DNA of 47,508 nucleotides from Catajapyx aquilonaris (Eukaryota): NCBI GenBank assembly GCA_000934665.2, contig JYFJ02000777.1, positions 62,001 to 109,508 of the forward strand, read 5' to 3'. Shown piece by piece: positions 34,251 to 47,508 of this stretch (position 1 is its first letter; each line of letters starts with the position of its first letter). The notes under the pieces were generated by a model. It saw only the letters and a program-made list of their open reading frames with translations, ran no database searches and was not told where the DNA came from. The position numbers and the translations under genes were made by a program.

Positions 34251-37200
34251 TGGATATCAGGTAGCGTGATATCTATTGATTTATAGTCCAATTTGGAGCG
34301 CCTGAATGTGAAACTGGCAGTTGCTATTTTTGTGCATATAGATAGATTGTAAGAAATCGTTTCGGTGCGAGCGATAGGACTTTTGTAGGAGCCAAAATCA
34401 TGGAATGAGTTCGATTTTTTTTGTGGAAGCAAAAAATCTCGATTGTTTCCTGCGCCATACCCGGGGGTTCCAGTTATATCCACTTCATTTTGAGCGCGTC
34501 ATCCCGATTGCCCACAAGTAATTGCATTCTTGTTCGGAATCGTAAAAGAACCAGCTCGACTACTTTTTCGGAAGAAAAAGCAGGTGCTAACACTTAATTT
34601 TCTCATGTTTCAACAATTGACTTGTTTCTTTTCGACAAAAATAATTGTAACTGCAAGAGATGTATTTATCTACTGAATTTTTCGCTATGCAATAAATATA
34701 TTTCAAAATATATTTATTGCAGAGCGAAAAATTCAGTAGATAAATACATGTCTTGTAAAAAAAAATCTCATCAACTATGGCAGTGAGAGCTTCCTGTTTT
34801 TTCGAGTGTACTATAATGTATACAGAATATCCAAACCTACTCTGACAAAGGTCAGTAACATAGCTGAGATTGAGATGGAATTTTTTTTGTCTCATTTAAT
34901 TTTGACGACTCAAACGTCCATTCCCCAGTTTTCATTAACTTTTACGACAGAATTTTAGACTTCCATCAAAAGTGACCGTTCATAACTCATCATTCATGAG
35001 CGAAAATGATGTGTTACCAAAATTACGGCCTGTTAAAAATAATACTGCAATAAGCCGTAACATATTTTAAGCGGCAATAAAAAATGTTAAGCCTAAAAAA
35101 ACTCTGTTCGTGTACAAAAGCCCTTTACGAACTAAGTTTCTGATTTACTGCCCAGATTATTGGTTCATTCAGACTTCAACATCATGCAATATTTTCTTAT
35201 CCATTGACCCCCCCACTGTTCATTCCCAACTTTTACCAAGAACACTAAGCCATTGAACTGTATCTTATTATTCTGATCATTTTTTTATTAAACTCTTCCA
35301 CGTAGCGTCCCTTGATCGCAAGAGGCAGAGGCTGGAAAATCCGCACATTGTTGTCCACATGAGGCGACTATCAACCTACTGCACGTGTCTTCTGGACAAC
35401 GTACCGTATGGAATAATGTATGACATATTGTCCTGTAACCCTCGCAACACTGTATAGCATGATATTAAAATTTGTGTTTAATTAATTTGCACATTATTAC
35501 TGTTTTGTATTCAAAAATTACAAATCCTTGGTTTTAAAAATTTGGCAAGAACGTACATTCTTGGCACACATGCTCAAAAGTTACGATCTGCCATGCATAA
35601 TCACATAATTACAGGAAAGTGAAAACCAGCTGCCAATTGGCATGCAAATTCGCCCAACAGCCTATAATTGAAACCACCAACTGGTTTTTTTGCTCTACAA
35701 ACCCACGCATCTTAATTATCATTATGCAGACATGTTGATGAGCCCAGTTCATTCCCCTCCCGTAAAGATGTCAAACCCCATCGGATATTTGCATAATGCC
35801 TTCACTGCAACCAGCGCCACCTGTGCCCTCCTTTTTGCCTTCTTTTCGAGCCCATCAGATGGCGTGACTGGTGAGGCTAAGACAACGTCGCATCATGACC
35901 CGTCGATTGTTGGTGCGCCAAAGACGTCTGCCATCAGACGACGGTTCGTTTTCGCGTGCTTTTCAAATGGGTCCTGCGGGTGCTGTCGTGCCGGCCACCT
36001 CATAGTGCACTACCATCGATCCACACCCACTCCACCCTATGCAGAAGCCGGCAAATGGAAGAAGAACAGAAGCCAGTGGCAGCAGTAGCAAGGAGTGCCT
36101 TCTTCACCCGTACCAATGACAGGTATGGTTAAGGATTCATCTCAGCTTCTGCCCTCTCGAACACTTGAAATTCCCGCAGAGTGTACATCGATCCTTGCCC
36201 CGGGTGCACGTGACTGTCTCCAGTCTTATATAGCCCACCTTCCTTCTTAAGAAGAAGGTGGTGGTGGCACTTTCCACACTGATTGCCTCGGAGATTTAAG
36301 GTGGGGATGGGGGGACCTCCTCTTTTTCCTCTTTTTTTTTAAAAGAAGGAAGGAGGCTCATTTGTCACCTGTCCGCTTGATCCAATGGGCCAAACTTTTG
36401 CACTGGGGCTGTAATAGCTTCCTGGGGATCCTCTCCGCCAGAGAAAGATGGATGCGGGCCGTTACTGCCCTATTCTAACACCATTTTTCAACCAGAAGGG
36501 AGCGTGCCTCCTGGTGTAGCTAAGCCCTGTTTTCTGGTTGTCGACGAGGTTGTACATGGGCTGGAAGAAACCTGTGGGAGAAAGAGTCACAACATTTTTG
36601 GAGAGACAAATGTTCGAATAATCGTGATTACTATCTACAGTATGTTATTCTATGTGACTTACGTGTGAAGTCATGCTGTGTTGAACAGACGGCACCAATA
36701 CCCTGCAGACTCTGAGATGTTTGCCATTTTCGTTTTCGTAAGCCTTTTCATGAGAACATAGTAACTCCCTAATGGCCTCTTCCGCATGCATAGATCGAGC
36801 CCAGGCCCCCCCTAAGACGCACAAGCTAGCTTCATGAAAGCGACAGAGGCTTTCAGCCTGGCTAATTACCCACCCTCAGTAAATTGCAAATATGCAGTTG
36901 CCCTGGAGTGGCACAAAGTTTCATGCAAGGGCTGGAATTAGTCATTAGTTCTACTGAGCCGGTAATGAGTAAGGGCATACCTACGCATGGCCAGATTGGG
37001 GCAATTGCCCTGCAGGGCCGGTAAATAGTGAGGGCGACCAATTGGAAGCTGGAAAAATAACGTGAGAGGCTTACCAAATTGTATGGGTATTGGCTATCAT
37101 AGATCATTTGAGGGTATGTCACACTGGCCCGTACCTATATATGAAAAAAATAATGTGTTACGGGACGTGAATGTGGAAAGCAATAATATTGACCTGTGTT

Positions 37201-39045
37201 TACCGGGAACAATTAAGGGACAAAGGTCGATATCTAATCTACTCACATTGACTTTTTTTTCCTCCCAACCGTTTGTGCCGAATATTACGTTCCTAAAAGG
37301 GGCATACCATTCCAGATTAAAGGTATATGCTTTAAAAGAGGAGGTTTAATCCTAGCTGATGAGTGCATTTCATTGTATGGAATTGCCCATTCTTGTGGTA
37401 TAGTGTTGCAAGCGATTCGTGCATACCGAGTGTTGTGAAGCGCAGGGAGCCGACAGAGAATTTTGTGGCCTATCCCCCGAGCGACATACTCTTTAAACGT
37501 ATTCACCATACAGTCTAGCAGAGCATTGTCGTCTGGCACATTCATGAAGCCTGAAATAATGCAATTTACAATATTAAAATTTTCCAACGGGATGAATAGC
37601 TCTGGCGTGATTTTCCACAACACTGGTATACTATACGGCCCGAGCCACCTAGTGTATAATTAGTCCGCATCAATCTTGCGTCAGGTCCTTGTTTGAACAA
37701 CAATATGCGGCAAATGCTCCCCGTTTCAGAGCCAGGCTAAGTACCTCAGCGCACTTGTCACGTCAGTGCACTGGGAGAATTACGAGGAACAAATGGGGGA
37801 CAGGATCATGTTGAAATGAACCTGGGGGGTTCTAGGGGATATGATCTACGCCCGCATTTCCACCCATTATTGTTCCGGGAGTGGACTAATCTGCCTGAAC
37901 AAGAGAAGATGCTAATGTCAGGACAGGGAGATGATTATGTTCAATGTTGCGAATAATTATTTCAGCATCAAATTTTCGAAAAATCAGTATAGTACGCCGC
38001 ACTTTCAATGGTTAATATGTACTGTATACGCGGCTAGATTTTTGTGAGCTACCTGCTTTAAGCCGGCTTTTGTAGTTGCACAGTCACCCTTGTTCAGAGA
38101 ATCAGTCCGGAATTAGCATAGCCCTCAGAATGCTAAAACACGTATATGGTCTGTGTAGTGGGGCCAGCTGCATGTGGCATTCGCTAGGCCATTCGTTTGT
38201 TAGCCTACACATATATGGGGAGGGATATAGGCCACCAACAGTTGCTCTGCTTACTTTTTGCGACGTAAATGGATCATTATCATGTGCAATTTACTCCATC
38301 CTGGGCATATGCGATATCCCCCCTTTAACAGTACAAAGTTTAATTATGAATGGCAGCTCCTGATATGACATGCAGCTGGCTCGCGATGCAGTAATGCCAT
38401 TGTACGTGGAAGTCTATGGGGGTGGTATTATGTGTGCTTTACATGAGGTTGCAGCAGTTTTAATATTTCAATGCATGGGAGTATACTGTTACCAGGCGCG
38501 TAATATTTGTTGTTGTTGCACCCGTGCTATTTTCGTCATAGAGTAAAGCTTCCCCATGTTGCAATGTACGCTAACTTCTCAGTAAATATGTAATAGCCTA
38601 CATTCAGCAAAGTGTAATAACTTGGCCATTTTGGGATTTCCTTCCGGCACACATGAGTTTCGGAACTTTGGGCAATTAGAGCAAATTGCCCGAAGGTCTA
38701 CGCGGAATTCCTTCTTTATTTAATGAGCTTCTGCAATCATCGCAAAGTGTCTCGTCGCCTCAGAAACGCGGGTAACCCGGAGGTGCTTAAGGGCACACGA
38801 ACTGCAAACATGGCTTCATATTTAACAATCCCATGCCGCTACGTACGCAGTTCCAAAAAAGTAAACATTTCGTGCACGGGTAGATAGATATACACTGTAG
38901 GGAACTTGCCAGATGATGTACAGAATGAAATTCAAATATGCTCTGTCTGTCCCCTGGAGGGGTCACACAGGGTGAGTCAAAAGAGACATCCAGTTTTTGA
39001 TAAAACGGATGATGAAGCCAAGATACTGGCGCAAGGCCATTTTCT

Positions 39046-39770
39046 TCCCATATCACGTCAATATCCGCCTCTTATATCCTGCCCTGGAATCCACTTGGCT
39101 GGAATGGGAATTTCAGCGAAATTCTTGCGAAATATTTGCAAAAGAATTCACGTAATATCCGCATTAACTTTAGGCATTTCCTTATTAATGTGGATATTAC
39201 GTAATTTTATTCACGAATATCCTCAAAATGTGGCAAAATTCTTGTGAAAAATGGCATTTTGTATATTGTAAGAAATATTTGCAAAAAAAATTAATTCACG
39301 TAATATCCACATTAATCGTAGGCATTTCCTCATTAATGTGAATATTACATGAATTAAACATTTGCACATACTTTAATTCACGTAATATTCATATTAATGA
39401 GAAAATGCCTAAGATTAATGTGGATATTGCGTGAATTAAATTTTTGTTGCAAATATTCTTACAATAACATAATGCCATTTTTCCACAAGAATTTTGCCAC
39501 ATTTTGAGTATAGGCTATTACGTGAATTAAATTGCGTAATATCCACATTAACGAGGAAATTCCTAAGATTAATGTGGATATTACATGATTTTTTTGCAAA
39601 TATTTCGCAAGAATTTCGCTGAAATTCCCATTCCAGCCAAGGCAGGATATAATAGGCGGATATTGATATGGGATTAATGTGGATATTACGTGAATTAAAT
39701 ATTTTTTGCAAATATTCTTACAATAATATAATGCCATTTTTCCACAAGAATTTTGCCACATTTTGAGCAC
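39046..39770. repeat. Foldback-like palindrome with ~310-bp imperfect arms (39046-39358 / 39372-39673) plus an extra partial copy
   Basis: The arms are reverse complements around ~39365 and are built from the nested subrepeat CACGTAATATCCACATTAA / TTAATGTGGATATTACGTG. Confidence 0.85.
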
Positions 39771-40521
39771 TATTTTGCCCCACTTTCCAGCCAAGCTTCC
39801 CTTACGGAACAATCATTTTATGAGCCCACTAACCCACCGCAAATATCATCTCCTGCCCCCCCCCCCCCCCCCNCCCCCCCCCCCCCGACGTTCCCCATAA
39901 AGCACCATCACAAGGTCCGTAATATTCGTACGTAATTTTCTCCACATTCCTTCAGTAATGAGACAGTAACGGGGGGGCGGCCCCGAGGCCAACAGTGTGG
40001 GAAACTTGTATTGCAGAACCCTTTTAATGAGATTCGTCGAAAGAGCTCCTGAGGGATACCTAAAAGGCATTCCCTTGTAGGAAGTCACACGACTCTTCCC
40101 ACCCATCCACCCCTGGGTGGATGGGTTTAGAAGCGCAGGCGTCACTTCTTTTGCGGAACACCCGAAAAAACTGGCGCCAGCTACATTCACACGGGTGCAT
40201 GATCCAGCCAACTTTCTTTCTACGTGCCGGATTTTACACGCTGCAGGTAATGAGTTTTAGGGATTACCTGCAGGCCAGACTATAGGGCTCCAACCACCCC
40301 GCATAATGAATGCGATTTTGCGAAAGCGCTGAACGTTGTGGGGGACGCAAACAGGCCTGCATCATTCATGGATGGAAATTTGGCTTGTGGGATGGGACAG
40401 TTTGCCTCGGATTGGACCGCTTCCTCCAATGGCGACAGACGCCCTGATGCCGCCGTTGCAGGTGGATTATCAAATGCAATACCCCGGTTTTTGTTCAGTG
40501 TGAAGTTTCAACACTCTGGTC

Positions 40522-43500
40522 ATGTCTTTTCTAGCCTTCATCGGTGGCCTTGTTCTACTTCTGTGCCTGGTTCCAGTCCCGTCCAAAGGTAGGTCACACT
40601 CTTGTTTCGGACACTTTTTTCTTTGGAGGGGGGGGGGGGNGGGGGGGGGGGGAGAGACACTAATGTGGGGATGAATTATTAAACGGAGCATTAGACTTGG
40701 TGAAATATGTAGTAGGTCTTTGCTTGGAAGTGGAAGAAGGGGAAAAAAAATCAATTCCTTGGAGGCACATCGCCAATTTTTATGGGATATATTGCGAGGA
40801 AGGAAGTTTTGCGGGGTTTTTCCGGAATAAATTTGGATTTAGGTGCAAAGCTTGCTGCAGTCTGTTATTAAATTTTATGGAGGATGAACTTTTTGAAACG
40901 GAAGCGGCATATTAGCTTATTTTTATATTAGTTTCAAAATTATGGCAAAATAGCCATTTATCCTAGTTATTACTGACAGTGAGTATGATTCGTCTTCATC
41001 ATTTCTTCAGAATGTAATTTTATCGGCATTCGTGCAGTTCCGGGCCGAATCCCCCGCATAAAATCGGTTTTACCACACATATTTGCGATATAGCAATATT
41101 TTCGGTCGCATTCTTGAAAACAGCAAGTGCAGTGTACGGAGTTGATCTAATATAAGAATCGATTTGCGAGCAATTTGGTTTTTTTGTATTCAGGACCTCA
41201 ATCACTTACCGGCTTAAAAACTGGTCCCAATTTCATCCGGAAAAAAGCTACAGTGGTAAATCCATATAAAACCCCTAGGAAAAGCCCTGGATCCAGTTCA
41301 TGCCATGGTGGCAGTATTACTGGCAAACTTGCCCCCCTACTTTTTAATTAGTGAAAATGCGGACAAATGATTGCGGTTTGTTATCAAATTAATGACGATT
41401 AAAATTTTAACAGAATTTGTGCTCCGTAAATTCGCCAATCATAATGTTCCACACCGATTCCAGGGGGGGATTTCACATGTTGACAAAAGGGGATCAGTTT
41501 ATCCTGGATTGTTGATCACCAGTTTGTTTTGTCATGCGGGTTACGGTAATGACAGGATATTTTTCCACCTTGAAAAGTTTGGCCTCTTAAAAATCATTAA
41601 GGCACAATTAGTACGGGCCTAATTAGAAGGCGCGAAGGCTCAAAAAAAATACCTGGAGAAATCGAAATTGAGGTATGGTGTGCACCTGGACATGTAATCA
41701 TTGTATCGATTGGCAGTCAGATTTGTGAAACAACTCGGAAGTTAAACAGTGTAAAAATATCGGCTTTTCATTAGCTACCACTAATTTGCCTGTAGGACCA
41801 CGGTGCTTTTGGCGCCCAAGTTGTCACCTAGGGCGGAACAAATGGAGAAAATGCGGAGAAAAAGTCGATTTTCACATTTGAGGTAAAAATAGGGTAAAGG
41901 CGCTGTAGTCCACAAGTTTATCTCAGAAAGAAACTACAGGGTGTTCCATAAGTCTGGATCCATAAAATTTTTATAGTAAATCGTAATTTTGGTGTGTCAC
42001 ACGCACACGTGTCATACACTTGTCATACATGCATATAACCTAACATAATAATGCAAGTTGTTAAACCCATTTTTTTAAAAACCCCTTCGTGCTAATAACA
42101 CCCTGCGATTTAGACATGACAGATGGCCCCGTGGGCTTTTGGCGGTATGCACGTGACAAACCGCCAATCCCGCAGGCTTGTCGACAAAAATGCGACATGT
42201 GAGACAAAAGGGACCGAGGGTGTTGTATCGGCAACAAGCACAGGCGTTAGAAAAAAAAATGTAACATGGGGAGGGGGGGGGGGTGTATAATTTATGGATC
42301 TACCCCCCTTGGGCGATCGAGTTTTATGGTAGGACGTGACGCATTGCAGCCTTGCCTGGCTTTTTCGGTGCCATTACTCATCCTTCTAATCACACCGAGG
42401 AGAGAGACCAGCCAACCCCAACCTACGTCTGGGCAATCAATAAGCCGTCTCAAGGGGGCCTCTAACTTTTGCTAATGGGAAATGAAAACACTATTTTTGC
42501 CTTTCCACCATCTTGGGGTGACTTTATTCAATTTGGGAGCTCGGGTTGGTGCCTCGAGCGACGGAACCAGGAGCGTCGTGCCACTGCTGGCATGGCATCT
42601 CCTATATACCCTTTCGGGTTGACAGGTTGCTGGCACCTCTAGGGATACATTTTGCCAAGACCGTTGTTTGGAACGATTTGTGACATCCACAACATTCAGT
42701 AGATCTACTGAATGTTGTGGATGTCACAAATCTCATGACAAAACTGACAACTCACATCTATGTGAGTTGTCAGTTTTGTCATGAGATGGCGTGGGTGCTC
42801 TTTCGTAGTCAGTTGTGAGACAGCCTGTCCCAGATAATAACTGTTTCATTGACAGATGCGGGCCAGCTAGTGGTGGTGGTGCTGAGCCAACCCAACCCGT
42901 ACCACGCCCGTCTGGCAGCTCAACTCGAAAGTGACCTCCATGCCCAAGCCAATTCATCAGCTCAACCAGTGGTGCATCTGCTACACCGCGACTTCTCTGG
43001 CATCAACGGCGGCTGGACCGTGTTTCCGTTGGTTCCTCATCTGCACCGCCTGCACCCCAATGCCCACTGGTTCTTCTTCTGCGAGGAACGCACCGGGATC
43101 AACCTGAGGAACCTCCTAGTGGCACTCTCCGCTCACAATCACACCCGGCAGCTTCTTCTGGGTCACCCGCTCAAAGACAAGGATGCGACCATCATCCACC
43201 ACTTTGCCTTCTTCCACCCGGAGAAGGAGTTCACCTACCCGGATTTCTCGCTGGGGTTTGCCATCAGCAGTCGCTTGCTCAAAAGGTCAGCTGATTAGCA
43301 TACTCCGTTTCCTGATTTGAACCCTATACGGCTGTACGTCCCGCTCCACCGCCATGTGCTCTGGTTAAAATTCCCGAATTGTTTCGAAAAGTTCGACTCT
43401 CAGGCCGTAAAAAATGAATATAAGCCAGTTTTTTCTAGGACCGGTCGAGCGTAGCATATAGGCCACAGACAATGTACCTGTCAGGTATATTGTCTGTGGC

Positions 43501-45014
43501 TTAGGCCAGAACCGTCAATGGCCCTTAGCTCTCCGATACCCTGCCAGGCTATACCACATACGAGGTCGGTTCACCAATATCTCATACATTATTATTACAG
43601 GAGCACTCCAGTTTTATCCTGACTCTTCAGGGCTACACGTCTCTCTTGTGCATGGGAAGCCTAACACACAGGATATTCATTTTTGTACAGATTGGCTCAT
43701 CGTATGGGGTCGGATGACCTGCCTCAAGTGGACTTCTCAATCGATCCGAAGCATGAACTGGCCGTGTACATCTGGGACGACGGGAAGGGAATCTCATTGA
43801 CTCCCATGCCACAACTCTGCACGGTTTCGGATACACAGCATAGAAACGACTGCGCCACATTTTACCATCCGTTTCGGCCTTGCGTGAGCATTTTGAATTA
43901 CATGGACGTTTTTTTTTTTAAATAGATGATTATCGCCTTTTTTCTTTCATTAGGGTCCGCCTCTACCTGCTGCTACACTGATGTTCGCGGTGAAGACTTG
44001 TGGGAAATTTCATGATGAGAGGGTGCCTGTTGTTAAAGATACATGGGCTCCTCATGCTAAGCATCTGGAATTCTACAGTGAAGTCAAAGGTGAATTATAT
44101 TAGTTTTGATCTATGCGAGTATGGTGACATTTGTCTTTATATTTATGTGCAGATGAGGATATCCCCACTGTGAGAGTGGATGTGCCTAATGTGCCAAGGG
44201 GTCATTGTGGAAAGACGCTGGCCATCTTAAAGAAAACATCCCAACGGAGGGATCTGCCTGATGTTCGTTGGCTTGTTTTAGTGGATGACGATACCATTCT
44301 TAGGTGACTTTTTGTTATGCTCTGTAAAAAGTTGCCAAAATGTTAATTAACTCCAGTTCAGGACAAATACAAATGCATGAATTAATTTCACAATATCTAC
44401 CTAAAGTATAAGCATATTTTGTGAGATGCATTTGAACATGATACAAAGTGAAAGATTTTCAATTTTAGTTTTAAGAATTTTCAAATTAAATTAAATTTAC
44501 AAAGAATTACATGATCATGTGAAATAATAGAATTTTAATTTTTAGCGTGTCTCATCTGCGTCTGCTTCTGACTTGCTACAATCCAAACGACCCCATCATT
44601 CTTGGCGAACGCTACGGATTCCGGTCATCCCTTCCTGATGGCTATGACTACATAACTGGTGGTGGAGGGCTAGTGCTCAGCATGGCAGCTGTGAGAGCCA
44701 TTTCAGAAGGAGAGGGAGTAGACATGGATAGTGACATACAGGGTGGTTGTGAATGCCCATCCGCAGATTCTCCTGATGATATGCACATAGGTCTCTGCAT
44801 ATACCGCATGAGACTCCCACCCCCAATACATTCACCTTTCTTTCACCAAGCAAGGCCAGCAGATTACTCTCCAGACTTGTTAGCAAGGGAGTATAAACAT
44901 GTGTCTTTCCACAAGCATTGGATGGTTGATCCAAGGCAAGTTTATAGGGAATGGTTCGCTACAGATGATGAAATGCTCAGTAATAGGGAAAACCAGGTGC
45001 ATAATGAACTGTGA
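40522..45014 (+). CDS. B3GLCT: Beta-1,3-glucosyltransferase (Fringe-like GT31), 481 aa; exons 40522-40588, 42856-43285, 43691-43883, 43954-44089, 44153-44303, 44546-45014
   Basis: Recognisable motifs GGWTVFPL, TIIHHFAF, DFSIDPKHELA, FAVKTCGKFH, GHCGKT, VDDDT, GYDYITGGGG, PDDM, FHQARP, SFHKH. Signal-peptide exon 1 and C-terminal HNEL (KDEL-like). Phases are consistent and total 1446 nt. Confidence 0.93.
42675..42787. repeat. Two adjacent 58-bp palindromes in B3GLCT intron 1
   Basis: 42675-42732 has perfect 29-bp arms with no spacer. 42730-42787 has perfect 28-bp arms with a 2-nt spacer. Confidence 0.95.
43462..43500. repeat. Short palindrome (19-bp arms, 1 mismatch) in B3GLCT intron 2
   Basis: gccacagacaatgtacctg-t-caggtatattgtctgtggc. 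Confidence 0.85.
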
Positions 45015-45846
45015 TTTTGGTATATGATTTGGTGTGTAAAATTAGGCCGCTCCGGAGCAGAATGTGATTCGTTGAACCTGAAATGAGTCAAAAGAGCTAT
45101 ATTGTGGCAGTATGGCCTAGAGGCCACAACATTTTACATCCTGTTATTTTTGACTGTTATAGGATCTGGAAACACCAGCTGACCAAAACTACCATACTTG
45201 TTATACCGTTACCTATTGTTTGTGTGTAACACATGAGGGCAACTTGTTTCAACCTGTGTTTTGTTTTAGAGCAGGGCACCTTAAGCTCATTTATTGCTAG
45301 TTGTTATTTGATAGCTTCTGAGTGTGGCTTGAACATCTTGGGTGAAGCTCCATAAAACATGACACGTTAGTTAATATAGAGTGACAGAGTGACTAATGAC
45401 ACTCCCCAAATTCGTTTCCTGCTGTCTCATGCATTTCACAAAATTTGACATAGTTCCTAGGTAGATTTTTGCAGGGTAGTATGTTAATTAATCGTACATT
45501 GGAATTACAGGTACATGCATTTCATACTCTTTATATCTAGTAGACTCTAGTAAACTGTTAAAAAAATGTTCATATGATGTGAAAAAAAGGATATCCTTTT
45601 TCTTTTCATTATATTCTGACAAGTAATTCGTTGATGGATAATTATGTAGTGTTTCTAACAATGTTAAGCCTTCTTGCATGGAAAATATATTTTATAATGA
45701 AAGGGTATTTTTAAATAAATGGTATCCTGTACACAATCAGTTCATAATATATGAGTTCTGGCCTGTAGCTTCTTATTTACAGGTAAACAGCATATTCAAA
45801 ACTTCAGTTTATAATTTCGTTGCAGTTAGAATGTGGTCCTCTAGAC

Positions 45847-46464
45847 CAGGGCTATTCAACTGGTGGACTGCTGTCCAGATCCGGACCACGACACAATTTT
45901 GTCCGGACCGTGATGATATACTGGACAGTTTGAAATAGCATTAGGAATTACTAATTCATGTTTTTTTTTGGAAAAAGTGCTACCAATTTCATCCATACAT
46001 ACCCATTCAAATCTCCCACATTCACCTAAGCTCGTGTGACCTTGAAACCCCCCCCCCCNCCCCCCCCCACTCCACACACACACACACACAAAAATCCGCC
46101 ATTTACGGCTTGTTCACCTTGTGCTTATGAAATGGGCCCCCCTTCGTTTTTTTTTCCTGACTGCGTGCCTGTACAGTACATCATAAAGGGTGAAAATGTC
46201 TTAATTTGTCCTGTCTTGAATCTCTTGATAGGCCCTTCTTACCCTTGGTGCACATGTTTCTATTTTCAAAAATGAACCCTGTGGAACAGTATAAAATCAG
46301 TATCTTTACCCAGGAGGGTGGGGGAGTCCGGACCTTCAATGGCCCAGAAAAGGTGAATACTGGACCTTGTCTTAAACTAGATTGCTTCTCCTTATAGCCA
46401 GATAGCCATAGTTGCTTTGGCTTCTTCTGAATAAACCAAACCATAAACTAGATCAATAGCCCTG
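45847..46464. mobile_element. Non-autonomous hAT (Charlie/Buster-type) MITE, 618 bp
   Basis: TIRs CAGGGCTATT / AATAGCCCTG, flanked by a perfect 8-bp TSD CTCTAGAC (45839-45846 and 46465-46472) that matches the NTCTAGAN preference. Confidence 0.9.
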
Positions 46465-47297
46465 CTCTAGACAGTCTAGACTCTAGAGTCTACAGACCAT
46501 CTTTATGTGGTTCATTGCCATGCAAATGAAATGCTTTTCCTGCCTGGCTAAGATATTGTCATAATGACAGCCACGTATGTACAGCCACTTGGTCTGCATT
46601 AGGTGGTCCACTGAACCTCTGGATTACCCTGGCCTGACCAAATGGTTGTGCAGAGACATTAGGCGTAATAGATGATCGTTAGTCTTGTAGAGAAAAGTAC
46701 CCCACATCATTGTTATGTTTTAAAATATGAAACTAGGTTTTATTATTGGGGTTTCAGAAAATTTCGGAGATAAATGGGATTTGCAGCAACAAAAAAAGGT
46801 TCAAGACTACTGATCTACAGTATGACCTGAAAAATATTCACAATTATGTTGAGACATTGTGCTTGCCCACAGTTTCTAAAAACCTATGCTGAATTATTTT
46901 CATGAGAAAATACGAATACATTAACCAATCAAGTGCTAAGGGGATGACTTTTTAAAATCATTTCCAATGTGCAGTCCTATCGACAAAAAAAGATTGCGCA
47001 CCCAGAAAGAATCTTGGTAAACAGCTAGGCAGATATGTAAAATGATTACAGTTAGATGTGACTGTGCATGAATGCATGTCGCATGAGGGTGCTTGAATCC
47101 CAATCACTGTGGTATATAAGAAAGAGTCATTGTATCATACGCTGTGATTGACCTTATAAAACATAGTTTTTTATTTCTTACAATGTGACTTCACAATTAA
47201 TGCAACAAGAAAATTGCAAGTAACGATTATGTGTCACCTTTATTGATGCACGTGCACAATTAAAGTGTATCATTGCTGTTAATTATGACCACACAAA

Positions 47298-47508
47298 CTA
47301 CAGACCATATGAAATCCTTTTATCTTTTTTCAATGCAAACATTCTGCATCGTATCCGGTCCAATTTATCTTGAGTAGTCGCTCCTGGAATGTCATATCCC
47401 AGCTCTCGCAGAAACATGGCAACAACTGCAGCTGCCACCAGAAGGGTTCCCATGGACGTCTCTGCTCTCCATACAAAATCCTCACCAAGTGCCGTTTGCC
47501 ACATGAAT
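47298..47508 (-). CDS. 3' end of a membrane protein gene that runs in from beyond the window (possibly an EamA/SLC35G-like last helix)
   Basis: Open frame from the window edge with hydrophobic SMGTLLVAAAVVAMFL and a basic tail, then a stop and an AT-rich UTR. The family assignment is tentative. Confidence 0.5.
   Translation of the reverse strand, partial: FMWQTALGEDFVWRAETSMGTLLVAAAVVAMFLRELGYDIPGATTQDKLDRIRCRMFALKKDKRISYGL

Noticed and set aside
35690..38800. ORFs 35690-36088 and 37285-37623 as peptide genes or a transposase
   Set aside because: No signal peptide plus core motif. Only vague hAT-like fragments with stops, not enough to call.
42266..42475. Hydrophobic ORF as B3GLCT exon 1
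   Set aside because: No suitable phase-1 donor was found. Exon 40522-40588 gives a better signal peptide and donor.
11528..45014. Peptide exons acting as variable first exons spliced onto B3GLCT or another common constant region (protocadherin/UGT1A-like), or a functional link to B3GLCT
   Set aside because: Most units have their own nearby acceptor, stop and often AATAAA. Donor phases are mixed. B3GLCT has its own signal exon. The peptides lack the TSR C-x-x-[S/T]-C O-fucose context.
39856..46068. Poly-C/poly-G runs containing n (39856, 40627, 46048)
   Set aside because: Homopolymers with ambiguous base calls; the lengths are unreliable and the poly-Pro/Gly ORFs are spurious.

Overview
Eukaryotic genomic DNA with short GT-AG introns, most likely from an insect or other arthropod (inferred from the protein sequences and TCAGT initiator-like motifs; the species cannot be determined). 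Contents in order: (1) a 7-exon + strand gene (2691-10618) for a ~1350 aa low-complexity, probably disordered protein; (2) a ~23 kb co-oriented array (11.5-34.3 kb) of about 21 small secreted-peptide units, each with a signal peptide, a variable spacer and a C-terminal C-P-x-[G/C]-x3-D-x2-G-x-C-R core resembling insect GBP/ENF cytokines and secapin, with several members visible only after manual splicing; (3) mobile and repeat DNA: a Helitron carrying two inverted tRNA-SINEs, a foldback palindrome and a hAT MITE; (4) a complete 6-exon beta-1,3-glucosyltransferase gene (B3GLCT, 40522-45014); (5) the last exon of a - strand membrane protein. The peptide array is the standout. It shows stepwise gain of putative disulfides on one scaffold (2, 4, 6 and 8 Cys), a shared intron at or beside the stop codon, conserved promoter blocks, and a tightly packed triplet that may be polycistronic. 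All gene models are manual and have no transcript support.
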